DNA of 64,000 nt, from contig JBHGNT010000007.1 of the NCBI GenBank assembly GCA_043228905.1, forward strand, positions 21,080,001 to 21,144,000, written 5' to 3'. The DNA comes from Azolla caroliniana. Taxonomy: Eukaryota > Plantae > Polypodiophyta. The position numbers and the translations under genes were made by a program. Below, piece after piece: positions 48,401 through 59,729 of this stretch (its first letter is position 1; every line of letters begins with the position of its first letter). The notes below the pieces were generated by a model. That model was not told the DNA's origin and did no database searches. It was given only the letters and a program-made list of their open reading frames with translations.

Positions 48401-50004
48401 CCAGGTGCACTCCCTTGACTTCTGGTAGAAGCTTTTGCTCGGCTAGCAGGTGCATTCCTTTCTCACTCATGTGGCCTAGCCCCTTATGCCATATCTCTCC
48501 TATCGAGTCGGCTACCACATTTACTTCCGATTTGCACAGTCGGGCATGCATCATATATAATGTGCCTTCTTTCTATGCTCGGGCCACTATAAGATTTCCT
48601 CGACAGAACTTCCACTTGCCATTCCGAAAACTACCACTATAGCCTTCGTCATCTAACCTTCCAGACGATATCTGATTCAATCTAACATCGGGGACGTGTC
48701 GAACACCCTGTCGACGTCATCAAGCTGACACTTCCGACTCCGGCTATCTTGCACTCTCCACTATCACCCATTTTCACATAACCGTGATCTCCGGCTATGT
48801 AAGTCGAGAAATTCTCTCTTGATAGAGTTATGTGGAACGATACCCCGGAATCGATCACCCAAGTGTATTCTTCACTTGCATGATTTGCACTTGTCTGTTC
48901 ACAGACAAACAACAGTTCTTCATTGCTCGTAGCAATGGCGGAAGTGTTCTTCTCATTAGGAATGTTCCTGGGTTCGACATTGTTTCCGACACCCTTTTCT
49001 TTTCTCATGTGTCGGCAGTCCTTCTAGAGGTGTCTAGGTTTACCACAATAAAAGCACACTAGCTTACCTTTGGACTTCGATCTGGCTTGGGACTTTTCTC
49101 TCCTTGGTGGACTTCTTTGTCAATTCCTTCCTCTATCCGAATGTTGTGTTACATTCGACTTCGACTGGGATAGGAGTCCCTTGTCCTTCCTCCTTTCCTC
49201 CTCATTTTGGTTTGTAAAGATAAGTTCTCTTCTTAAGAAGAGGTGTTGAGAGTAACCATTAGGTTCTCCCAGCTATCCGACAATGTGCACATCAATAGGA
49301 TGACCTGCATTGCATCATCCAAGGGAAACTTGGTTGCAGCAAGTTGATTCACATACCCCATGAATGTGTTGATGTGTTCGACAATGCTCTCACCGTCTCT
49401 GTATTTCAGCCGTACAATCTTCCTCATCAGTGAGGTTTTATTGAGCGTGTTCTTCCTCTCATATAGACCCGATAGCTTCTGCCACATCTTGTGTGCATTT
49501 GTGTCGTTCGCCACATGTTGCAAGACACTTACGTCGACGCATTGTTGGATGGTGGCCACCGCCTTTCTGTTCAGAAGTTTCCAATCCAACTCCAATACCC
49601 CCTCTGGGTATATCTGCTCCGTCAACTGGCTCGTACAGGTCTTTGACTATGAGAAGGTCCTCCATCTTTATCTTCTAGTCTACATAGTTCTATGATTTTA
49701 GAACTATCATGCCTGGGAAGTCGCTCACACCTCCTTCCATGCTTGCACCTCAAGCTCTGATACCAGATTGTTGAGAATCGATTTGTAAAACCACAAGATC
49801 AAACGATGCTGAAAATACACTACACAGGCACACCACGACGCAATACACAGAGATTTACGTGGAAACCCTAAAATAGGAGAAAACCACGGGAGAGTAAAAC
49901 TTCACTATACAGTGGGTGTACAAGACAGAGATTACAACACTCTGATTATGAGTGTATCAACCACACAGGGTCCTTGGCGTATGTTGTTACGCACACAACT
50001 ATGG

Positions 50005-50060
<56 letters not shown>

Positions 50061-50367
50061 TCTCTCTCGTCTCTCTTACGCACACTTCTGTTGTTGTCCA
50101 CACATTACTATGTTTGCCCTAGATGTATATATAGTGATACATCATATGAACTATTTAAAATTGTAGCCATTGCTACATATCATTATAATAATAATAATAA
50201 TAATAATAATAATCAATCTGTTTAAACAATTGACTCTCTGTTGTCGACTCTTCGACTGTCGGCTATCAACTGTTGGCTATTTCCGAACAGTCGGTTCATT
50301 CGACTCCTCGATTGTCGGCTGCTTCCGAACAGTCGGTTCCTCCCACTGGACGGACATATCCCCAACA
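45224..50367 (-). mobile_element. Structurally complete Ty1/Copia element (5.1 kb), coding region degenerate
   Basis: LTRs 45224-45807 and 49769-50367; TSD AATAT at 45219-45223 and 50368-50372; iMet PBS 49754-49765; PPT 45808-45818; gag-PR-INT-RT-RH motifs. Confidence 0.96.
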
Positions 50368-50433
50368 AATATGAGGTGTTCTTGTAACCATACTAATAAA
50401 ATGTGTTATAATTTATACTTTGACCCATTCTCG

Positions 50434-50710
50434 TATGTATATAATTGTGGACAATGTAGGATAGTGAACTTTAGGATAATGTGATTGGAATAACAAACTT
50501 ATTAAGGTATTTAATACTTGTATTTAAAGTTGATCTAATCTATTCCTTAGTTTGTTCGAATGGGATCAAAGGATATGTATATAATTGTGGACAATCTAAG
50601 ACAGTGAACTTTAGGATAATGTGAGGGAAATAACAAACCTATTAAGGCTTTCAATACTTGTATTTAAAATTGATCTAATCTATTCCTTAGGTAATTCACA
50701 CGAGATCAAA
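50434..50710. repeat. 140-bp tandem duplication (2 copies)
   Basis: tatgtatataattgtggacaat...gatctaatctattccttag begins at 50434 and again at 50574. Confidence 0.9.
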
Positions 50711-51189
50711 CTCTGAACGATAACGCTAGTGGAACTACAAGTGTATAAAAACATGCGGATAACGCTAGTGGAACCATTATCAACACGCTACACAATCTAT
50801 GCAGCAATGGAAGACAAACATAATAGTTTTAGCAATAAAAGACAAAGATCCATAATATATGGACTGGGATATATTAGAAACGGAATGACAATCTCGACAA
50901 TTGATCGCAAATAACAACATGGACAATCATGGCAACAATTCTACGAGCATGTTATGTTAAGGTAAAGTTTAACCGAAATCAGTCTTAATGTAAACTAATT
51001 CATGTTTCTCCATATTGGTAGTCAGCAATACACTGGTGAAACCAATGTCATAAGTCAACAAACCAAGTATATAGAAATAAAATTGAAACATATAGAAGAA
51101 TATAAAGAATGGAATACACCAAGTAGAACCCAAAATTTGTATTAGTAATGTGAATTCCAAACAATACATTTCGTCAACAAAAGAGTCTA

Positions 51190-51928
51190 TTACATAGCAA
51201 TCAAATCGTCAATGTCATTTTCTTCTTCATCTCTTATAGAAGTCTCTTTGGCTATATGTGCATTGTCTTCCCCTGTTAGCCGAGCCAACATAATATCTTC
51301 TATAAGCTCATCATCAAGCTTTATAAGCTCCCTCGGTTCCCCGGCTAACGGAGGAATAGGCTCTCACGAAGAAGGTTGAAACCTTTCGGTATTAGCGAGG
51401 TTCTTTGCACCGTTGTCCTCGTCCTGGTCTGGGCACTCCCACAACGCCTTAATCCTCATGTTTATAAATATAACTTGCTCCTCGTCCTTCTCCAATGCAA
51501 TTGTGTTTCTGAAGAGCTTCAATGCACATGTAGACGTTGTCCCTGTGAAGAAAGCAACAAGAAGAATTAGTTTTCAAACAAAAAAGAATCAGTATTGGTT
51601 ATCTCAAGATCGTTAACCTAGTTCGAGGAATACCTGTGCCACAAAAGAGGTCTAATATCCAATCTCCTTCTACAGAAAACATCTCGATCAAGCGCATCAT
51701 AAGTCGTTGAGGTTTTTGGTATGGGTCGACAAGTCCCCGTTCTGTCGTGGTGACATGTCGCAATTTCCGTGTCACTGTTGGATATACCAATAGATTTGAA
51801 CCTCCGACTTCATTAGAATGCTCCTTGATTCTTTATTTCTTTATTTCATCAAAGTAGCCAACCGTAATGTATTCAATGGCATTTACGAACCGAAAGGTTG
51901 GCCCTCTATTGACATTGGTTTTTATCCT
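51190..51928 (-). pseudogene. Intron-containing beta-class N4-cytosine/N6-adenine DNA methyltransferase (N6_N4_Mtase-like), 3' part only
   Basis: Exon ~51928-51634, GT-AG intron 51633-51543, exon 51542-51190. Spliced translation: IKTNVNRGPTFRFVNAIEYITVGY...DPYQKPQRLMMRLIEMFSVEGDWILDLFCGT^GTTSTCALKLFRNTIALEKDEEQVIFINMRI... In-frame stops at 51833-51835 and 51364-51366. Confidence 0.85.
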
Positions 51929-51997
51929 CTAACAAATATTGCATCGAGTTAAGAATAGACTGAACAATATTAAGAAAGGCAATATAGTGAATGAGAC

Positions 51998-52710
51998 TTC
52001 ATCTGACGATCAACATGTCGTCCACGTACAGAAGGAGTATTAGGAAATCTCCTCCGTCAAATTTCTTCGCAAACACGCAATGATTGGCTTGTGTTTTGTG
52101 GTACCCTTGGTCGGTCATGAAGGAGTCAAACTTCCGGTACCATTGTCGGGGAGCTTGCTTCAGTCCGTATAAGCTCTTCTTCAGCCAGCACAGCAGGTGC
52201 TCCTTCCCTTTCTTCTCAAATCCTTCTGGTTGTTGCATGTAGATCTCCTCTTCGAGGTCACCATGGAGGAACGCCTTCTTGACTTCTAGTTGCTCTACCG
52301 CTATGCTCAGCACCATTCGGATGGAAGTCATCTTAACTATCGGGGCAAAGATCTCGTCGAAATCTACTCCCTTCTTTTGTTGGAACCCCTTCACCACGAT
52401 CTGGGCTTTGTATTGATCCGGCATGTGACTTCGTGTCTACTTGACACACATTGGTATGCACCAGCTCCAGCGGTGCATTCCATCTCATTGGTGGTCTTGA
52501 CCGGAAGGAGGTTCAGTTTTGCTTGCCGGCTAGGCAATCGGTGCACTTCTCAAGTTGCACGTTCTTCACCGGAATGAGATTGTCTTCAACAAGCCTCTTC
52601 ATCCCCTTCTCACTCATGTGACATAGTCATTTGTGCCACATCTCACCGACAGTGTCGGATGTAACGTTCACTTCTTCTCAGCATATCCAAGCATGCATCA
52701 GATATAGCAT
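51998..52710 (-). mobile_element. Copia fragment (GAG-pre-integrase joined by deletion to RT)
   Basis: EMWHK..CHMSEKGMKRL; YKAQIVVKGFQQKKGVDFDEIFAP..LLLYVDDML. Confidence 0.9.
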
Positions 52711-55093
52711 TGTCGTGAAGATTCCGGGCCATAAGCGGAAACAAGGTGAAACGCACAGGGACACCGATGTACGCGAGTGCACACCTCGAGGGAATTAAAT
52801 AGGACAAGTACTAGGTATGAGTATAAGGAGGGGTACTAGGTAGTTAGAGCATTAAAGAAGATATAGACATAGCATAAGTAGGGGGGAGTTATGAGGAGAG
52901 TAAATCAGAGGAGAGAATCTAGGACGAAAAGTGACGGGTCATGAACGCTTGTAACGGTCGCTCCTTGTGCTATAAAAGGGGCAACTTTTGACAGCCTTCG
53001 AGAGGGCCTTCGAGAAAAAAAAAGGGATATACAGAGAAGGACCGACGACGGATCATGAAAGAAGGCGCTTCCCCTGCTCACGTCAAACGCCAGAGTGCTC
53101 CCGACCTAGGGATCGACCTTCTGCACACCGACGCCTCTTTGTATCTGGCTTTTTCGAAGCTCTACGCTCCATCGTCGGCTCTAATCCGGTTGTATTCACC
53201 TGCAGCACCACGCACTTGTGTTGTTTAATAGAAACCTTTTTTTTCCTAACACACGTCGTGCCCAGTGTCTTTGACCGTGTCTACATCCACGCACAACTCT
53301 CTTACTCTCTCCCGAGCGCTATCCTTACCTGTTTTCCCGTGGTCCCAAGACCTACGCGGTCTCTAAACTCCCCTCCTCGCTTTCTTGATTCCTTGGTTCA
53401 AGACCCCCGTGGTCCTGCCCGACTTCTACGCATCTGCGAGGATAACCTCGACAGCAGATCAAAGGGTTCAAGAAGAGGTACGAGGATGAGCCGGACCCGG
53501 AGTGTGTGGACAAAAGTGATGACTCGAAAAGGGCGGACGAAGTCGAGGGAGCCTACGAATCGGAGGAGGAGTGACAAATGGCCGGTTCTTCCCCATATCT
53601 CTCTCTTCGGCACATATCGGTGGACATGCGGTTTTGTGGGGGTGGATGTCGTGGGGAAAACTGGCAACAAGAAGAAACGCAAAGGCGTGTGAACCACAGC
53701 GTTGTCTTGCCTTTTGGCTCCGGATCGTTGCGTGAGTCGGGTGGGAACCACCGGGGTTTTGGACTAGGAGGAGGAAGAATTTGAGGCTAATCTAGTTATG
53801 AATATGAATAGATTATAAGAAAGAGATATAGAAACTTGTGAATCCCACAAGTATAATTGTTTTAGTTTATCTTAATCGTAGTAATAAATTGAAATAGTTT
53901 AGAATAGATTAGAGTAGATTGAGAAAAGAGATCAAACCTTGTGAATCCCACAAGTATTACGTTAATCAATATTTATGTAAGAATATGAATTTAGATTGAA
54001 AGAGATAGATTATATAAAACTTCGTGAATCCCACGATTCTATTTTATTATTGGTGTTTTAGGTAATATATCCAATTTCCCAAATATTTCACACACACCTT
54101 ACATTGTGCTCCCCATCCTTATGTAGTGATGAGGGAGTCTTAGCAATCCATGCTTTTTCTTCTCTAACTATAGGCTCCATGCTTTTCCTATAGATAGACT
54201 ATATGCGTTATCTAAAGTGATCATGCTTTTTCTATCTTGTGTGTTTTTTATCGACTATAGCTAGATATGCATGCATAGCTTTTTCTTTTAGCATGCGTTT
54301 TTCTTTTAACTATCCTACGTGAACTTACCTTTTTTTATGTGGGACATCTACTTTTTAACATGAATGAAATGTTAGTGTAATGGTAAGGTTTCACATTATT
54401 AACATGGAAGTTCAAGGTTTGAATCTTGCCCTATGCATGTTATATATATTTTAATATTTTCTACTATTTATTCATATTTATTAAATCAGTACTTTATAAG
54501 TTTTTCACGTAGTGTACGAAATACACTACGACAGCGTGCGCGGATGCAAGCAAATTATAAGCTATGCTTATAAATAACCTAGGACTAGGCTAGGTTGGCG
54601 TGATTTACGAAACTTTAATAGGACGAATTAAATACATGAATAAATCTAGGCGAATCTCTGTCCGAAACTACAAAGATTAACTACTTGATGTAACAGCCCT
54701 CTCTCTCCTTGGTCTATAAAAGGAGGGAGAGAGGAATGAGTTGGGATACGTGTTTAGGAGAATGAAATGTTGTCGGACTGGGGACCGAGCACCCGCTCTC
54801 TGCCTTCTGCTTCGTTTTGTTAGCTATGACACCTTTGCTCACATAGGAAGCCCGTGTGCTCCCGTCAGAGGCTCCCTGCTGTATCTTGGTGTGTGAGTGT
54901 GTGCATTGTTCGCTGAGCTCGTAGCTCAGCCCCGATTGAGCTAATCGTAATTACTCCGTTTCCCTAATTAATCGTTGGTGCCCGTCTTGTTGATAATCGT
55001 GTGTCGTTCTCTTCTTTCTCTTCTTGTGCTCCTTGGTCCGAGGCCTTTGTGGTCCCGCCTTTGTTTCGCACGCACACACGTAAATACGCGACA
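52711..55093 (+). mobile_element. Internally deleted Gypsy: LTR (52711-~53440), integrase tail, PPT, then LTR (53647-55093) containing a nested solo LTR
   Basis: Both LTRs start tgtcgtg; IKGFKKRYEDEPDP matches the tail of the 26713-27959 integrase; PPT gtgggggtgga; ends gcgaca. Confidence 0.8.
53703..54533 (-). repeat. Complete Gypsy solo LTR with a 4-bp TSD
   Basis: tgtcttgcc...tacgaca; same family as 36793-37638; GCGT at 53699-53702 and 54534-54537. Confidence 0.92.
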
Positions 55094-55480
55094 CCGTATA
55101 TGAAGGTTAATTTGAAAATGAAACTGTCAATCTTAACGGACATATATTTTATAAAAACGTAAAAATGAAGGTTTAAAATTTGTTAATACCGTCAAATTTT
55201 GCTAAGGCCAAAACAATAGTACATGTATTAGTAGTTACAAATTACAATGTATAGGCTATAGCATATAGTTTTATTTGAGAAAGATAAATGTGTAAATATA
55301 TGTTATGTGACGTGATAAAGGAGAAGAAGTGCTTGGACATATGCATAGTGTGAAAATAAACTTAGGGCTTCTTTTATTTTCAGCCCATTCCTCTCTTTTG
55401 TTTGTTTCTCTCTCTCTCTCTCTAATATTGATAAAGCAAGTCACAATGATACGAATCCCAATATTGCAAAATCTAAGGGA

Positions 55481-56101
55481 ATGAGGCCATTTATAGATGG
55501 ATCGCTTGAAAGTTGTATTAAACTATCTAAAAATTATGTGCAAAAGATTATTGATGGACTAAATGCAAGGTTCCCTGACTTAAGCCTCTTCAATGCAGCA
55601 AAATTATTCAACTCATGCCATTATGTAGATGATGATGTGATTAGGGATAGTAAAGGAAAGACATGGTTGGGAATTTTGATTTCTCACTTACAACCAAATG
55701 TCAATGTCAATGCATGTCTTCAAATTTTACATGATGCAAAGGCTTGTGAAATGGGACTCTATAGGTTTGTTGACACTTTACGTTTAAATGGTGAAGGCTA
55801 TACTATGCATGAAGCTAGGCGTATGTTTTGCAAAATGAAGGATTGGCAAGATAGTTTCCCTCATTTGATGAAATTATGGCAAGCTACTTTGGTTATTCCA
55901 TCGAGCACGGTTTTGTGTGAGAGAGAGTTCTTTAAGCAAAATCTCATCAAAGAGATGAAAAGAACTCGATTGAATATAGAATATTTAGATGATTTAATGT
56001 GAGTCTCATTGAATGGGACACACATTGAAGAAATACAATGGGATTGTGTATATGAAATTTGGAAAGATGCAAAGGATAGAAGGGTATAATATATTGTTTA
56101 G
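55481..56101 (+). pseudogene. hAT transposase C-terminal fragment (dimerisation domain, ZNF862-like)
   Basis: LNARFP; FPHLMKLWQATLVIPSSTVLCEREFFKQNLIK..RTRL....LDDLM*VSLNG..W..AKDRR. Confidence 0.88.
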
Positions 56102-56195
56102 TACAAATATTCGATGTATTTACTTTTTGAAGGGCAATTTTTTTAACAAATCGTCATGCAAATTTTTTGGAATACCATTCTCATGAGAGGCAATG

Positions 56196-56830
56196 TTAGC
56201 CGTCAAAAGGTAACACTAGTTCCAGTATTTGATTTGTTCGTTCTACTTGTCCGTCTATTTGAGGGTGATAGCCGGAGGAGAGGTTACAAGTGACCTTGAG
56301 CATTTTGAAGAGATGCTTACAGAATTTCGAGACGAATTGAGGTCCACGAACGCTGATGATACTATCCGGGAGGCCATGGTGCCGAAATACCTCACGCATG
56401 ACAATGTTGGCGGTTTCTTCATTAGTGACTGCCATCTTAGTATATCGATCTACTATTGTTAAGATCACATCGAATCCCTTTGAATCTAGAAGATCTATGA
56501 TAAAATCTAGAGAAATAGACCACCATGACTTGCTTGGAATTGGCAATGATTCCAATAAACCATATGGATGATGTCTTGGCATCTTTGCTCTGCAACATGT
56601 CCGAACATAGTCTTCAACAAATCGTCTCATATGACGCCACCAAAATGATCATTGTACTAAATCCAATGTTTTAGTACTACCAAAATGTCCAGTTGTATAT
56701 GTGTCATAACCATTTTGGACTACCCGAAGGCGACAAGAACCATTGGGAACATACAAGAGTTTCTTAAAGAATAGTAATCCATCATGACATTTGAATTGTC
56801 GATAGTCTGTACCTGGTTGTTGCGACTGTG
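56196..56830 (-). mobile_element. Chromovirus-type (Tf2/Tcn1-like) Gypsy integrase fragment
   Basis: GHFGSTKTLDLV; RHHPYGLLESLPIP..W.SISLDFIIDL; VDRYTKMA; HGLPDSIIS.RGPQF; YHPQIDGQVERTNQ. Confidence 0.88.
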
Positions 56831-57639
56831 AACAAGTTGCCCGTGAGGGATCAATTTGCACTAGAATGGCTTGAGCGAAAGCATCTGTCTTCACGTATGG
56901 TCTCGATAATGTGGGAATCCAATGGAGTGTCAAAAACCCACGTTGCTTGCAATCATGTTGGTCCCAAGATGACTTTTTTATTATTATCGAATCGAGGGTT
57001 GAGCCCTTGATTCCAAGCTCAACCACCTACCATCCCTGCCACCTCATTCATTGGACCACCCATCTATATTGCAATCTTTTGCCACTTAATGTGCGACCAT
57101 TGTTGTGCGTTGTCGCCTTCATTGTTCAAGATGAATTGTTAAGTTGGAACCCTAAGTTGTGGCATGACATACATTGGCTAGTCAAGGGTGAGGTACATGT
57201 CAAGTACAATGAACCCATACTAATTGTACCAAAAGGCACCAAGGTTTTCAATGAACACCACAACGAGCAAGATAAAATTGACGCCTTTGAAACACTATTT
57301 GAAAGTTATCATTCTAGTTTCTTGGTAGGGTTGTCGCTGACAACAAAATAGAATGATATAGGAGAGTAAGAAAAAAAGAGAGGAATAAATGGATAATAGT
57401 TATTATATTAACAAGTAGAATCAATTTACAAACATATATCACATGGACTAATTTATCAATAACTAAAACACCTTATAATATAGCATTGTTGAAAACATTC
57501 ATGCTCGCAAACCTTGCATTCATGCATCATCGCCACTTTGCATTCAATCACGCATGCCATTTAACGACCATGCATTACCATGCAAGAGGTGGCAACATGT
57601 CGTGATATTACGTTCATAGTCTAGAATATAGATCAGATT

Positions 57640-58447
57640 TTCAGTAGGTGTATAACTTAATCAATCAACCAAGTAATATAGTTTATGGTGCACATCCTTA
57701 AGAGTCCAAAATGGTTTTTCACCTTGTATTTTGAACCATCAACAAACTTAGTTAGAGATGGAGAAGAAACAACACAATCTGGAATGGAGATTTGAGCATA
57801 AGGTTCCAAAGGTCATGCACAAAACACAAGATGGATATGCAAATGAGGGAGACAAAGTGCAACATCATTGATTTGGCTAGGGTAATCATATGGACCAAGA
57901 TGTTCATAATCAAACTTGTTGCAAAGTTAAGCGGTTTTTATGTTACTTTTGAAGAGCCATACACAATTCGCAACTCTAAACTTAGGTCTCCGAAGACATT
58001 GACCATCTACAAACTTCTTATGTGTGGCTCGACTAATATTTCAATGTTGGGAAAGAGAAATGTGAACCTCTTGGATTTGAAGTAGATGATTTTTAACAAT
58101 GGGATTTTTTGACATTTTTGGATGGCCAAGCATCATCCAACGATGGTGGCTTCTTAATGAACCAATCCATTATAGTCAGAATGACATCAAACAAAACCTT
58201 TGGAGGATGGGAGATCCATAATGGAATCCAAAGCGATAGATTTCCATTGGGTATCCAAAATTAGTAAGGCAAAAGTAACCCATATCATCAATGTCGATAT
58301 GTCTTTTGACCGATAACATGCATTACAACTATGAATAAAGTCATCAACAAAGCTACAGAGTTATGGCCACAAATATATTCGAGAAATTAACTCTAAAGTC
58401 TTGCGGACTTCAAAATGTCCAGCCATTAGAATGTCATGGCGTCTTTT
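57640..58447 (-). mobile_element. Second, more decayed Tf2/Tcn1-like integrase fragment
   Basis: The minus strand reads HDILMAGHFEVRKTLELISRIYLWP..FVDDFIHSCNACYRSK. About 140 bp of it is duplicated at 59740-59880. Confidence 0.65.
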
Positions 58448-59729
58448 TTTTTCCAAAAAAAAACTCCTTCCATTAGTTATAAAATTTTACAAATGAGACT
58501 ATTATGTACAAATCCCTGTAGGGACGCAATAATTCCATCTTATGTGGATGCCCATTGACTCAAGAAAGGGAGAGGACAACCATTGTTGGATGAAGGCTAT
58601 TCGTTGTCTTCCGACTCCATCAGAGCTGCCCTTGAGGCCATCATATTGGCTCTTTAGAGTGGCTACAATTTCACTCCATATCTCTTGTAGTAACCTTGTT
58701 GGATGCGCGGTTTGGTTGGAGAAGACCCGTCTACACTATTGTTTCCATAGAATCCAAAGAGTTATTGGGCTGACCAATTCCAACACAACTTGAGATTTGT
58801 CATTAAGAGGAGTTGAGTGGACATTGTCGCTGGTGGAGAAAGAAACCTCTTGTGCTTTTATCACCAAAGTCATCCCCTCCTCCTGATGCTCGTATCTGTC
58901 AACTGGGGTCTGCCATGATAGCCAACATATATTTCCCGACTTGATTGAGCCTTGCACCTGGCATAATTGCAACAAGCGGCCAACCCCCCGCCATATTCGA
59001 TGGGACAATGGGCATTCCCACAAAACGTGTCGTATTGATTCTACTGCATTTGGGCACTCTACACAATTAGGAGAGCTAAGGTTACCACGTTGCCATGCTC
59101 CCACTAGTAGTGACTTATGTATTAATAGCCATATTCGATGGGCAGTCCCACAAAGCATGTCGTATTGATTCTACTGCATTTGGGCACTCTACACAATTAG
59201 GAGAGCTAAGGTTCCCACGTTGCCATGCTCCCATCGGTAGTGACTTATGTATTAATAGCCATTGGAACGTGGTAATTTGCCTTGCGTGTTGTTGTTTCCA
59301 GATTTTCTGCCAAAACTTGGTGATAATTGTGTGAGGAACGTGAAATGTGTGCCAAACCTTTGCAACATCCGGCTCTTGGGCGGTTTGAGCAACTAGAATG
59401 TGGCGACCCAATTTAGTTGTGAATTGGAAGAAAGGGATGGGTTTGCTTCCTTGCCCCGCATAAGGATCACACCATGTCCATTGCAAAGGGTCCCAACTGA
59501 CCTTATGTACCCATGTGTTTTCATGAATACATATCTGCCAATTGGGTTATACTTTGATCGGATCAGGATCTACAATCCATTTATGACCAGTATACGCGAG
59601 TACTCGAATTGCGTTATTCTATGTTGGTGTCTCAGTGTCTCGCAATTCAGAGCCTTCGATCCTGTCTAGTGTTCCGCTACCTCTTGGGATCAAAGATCCC
59701 TCCTCCTTGTAGCCTATCCATTTCTCCAT
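58448..59729 (-). mobile_element. 5'-truncated LINE (non-LTR) 3' end with zf-RVT domain
   Basis: FWQKIWK..FQWLLIHKSL..C.EC...ESIRH.LW.CP and TLWILWK; poly(A) remnant at about 58444-58452; 16-bp TSD tgtcatggcgtctttt at 58432-58447 and 59730-59745. Confidence 0.88.

Noticed and set aside
51190-51928. Bacterial contamination or a restriction-modification operon
   Set aside because: It has a spliceosomal GT-AG intron, is embedded among plant retroelements, and has no adjacent endonuclease.
57050-57640. Possible LTR or gag remnant
   Set aside because: It has LTR-like composition, but I could not identify paired termini, a PBS or a protein motif.
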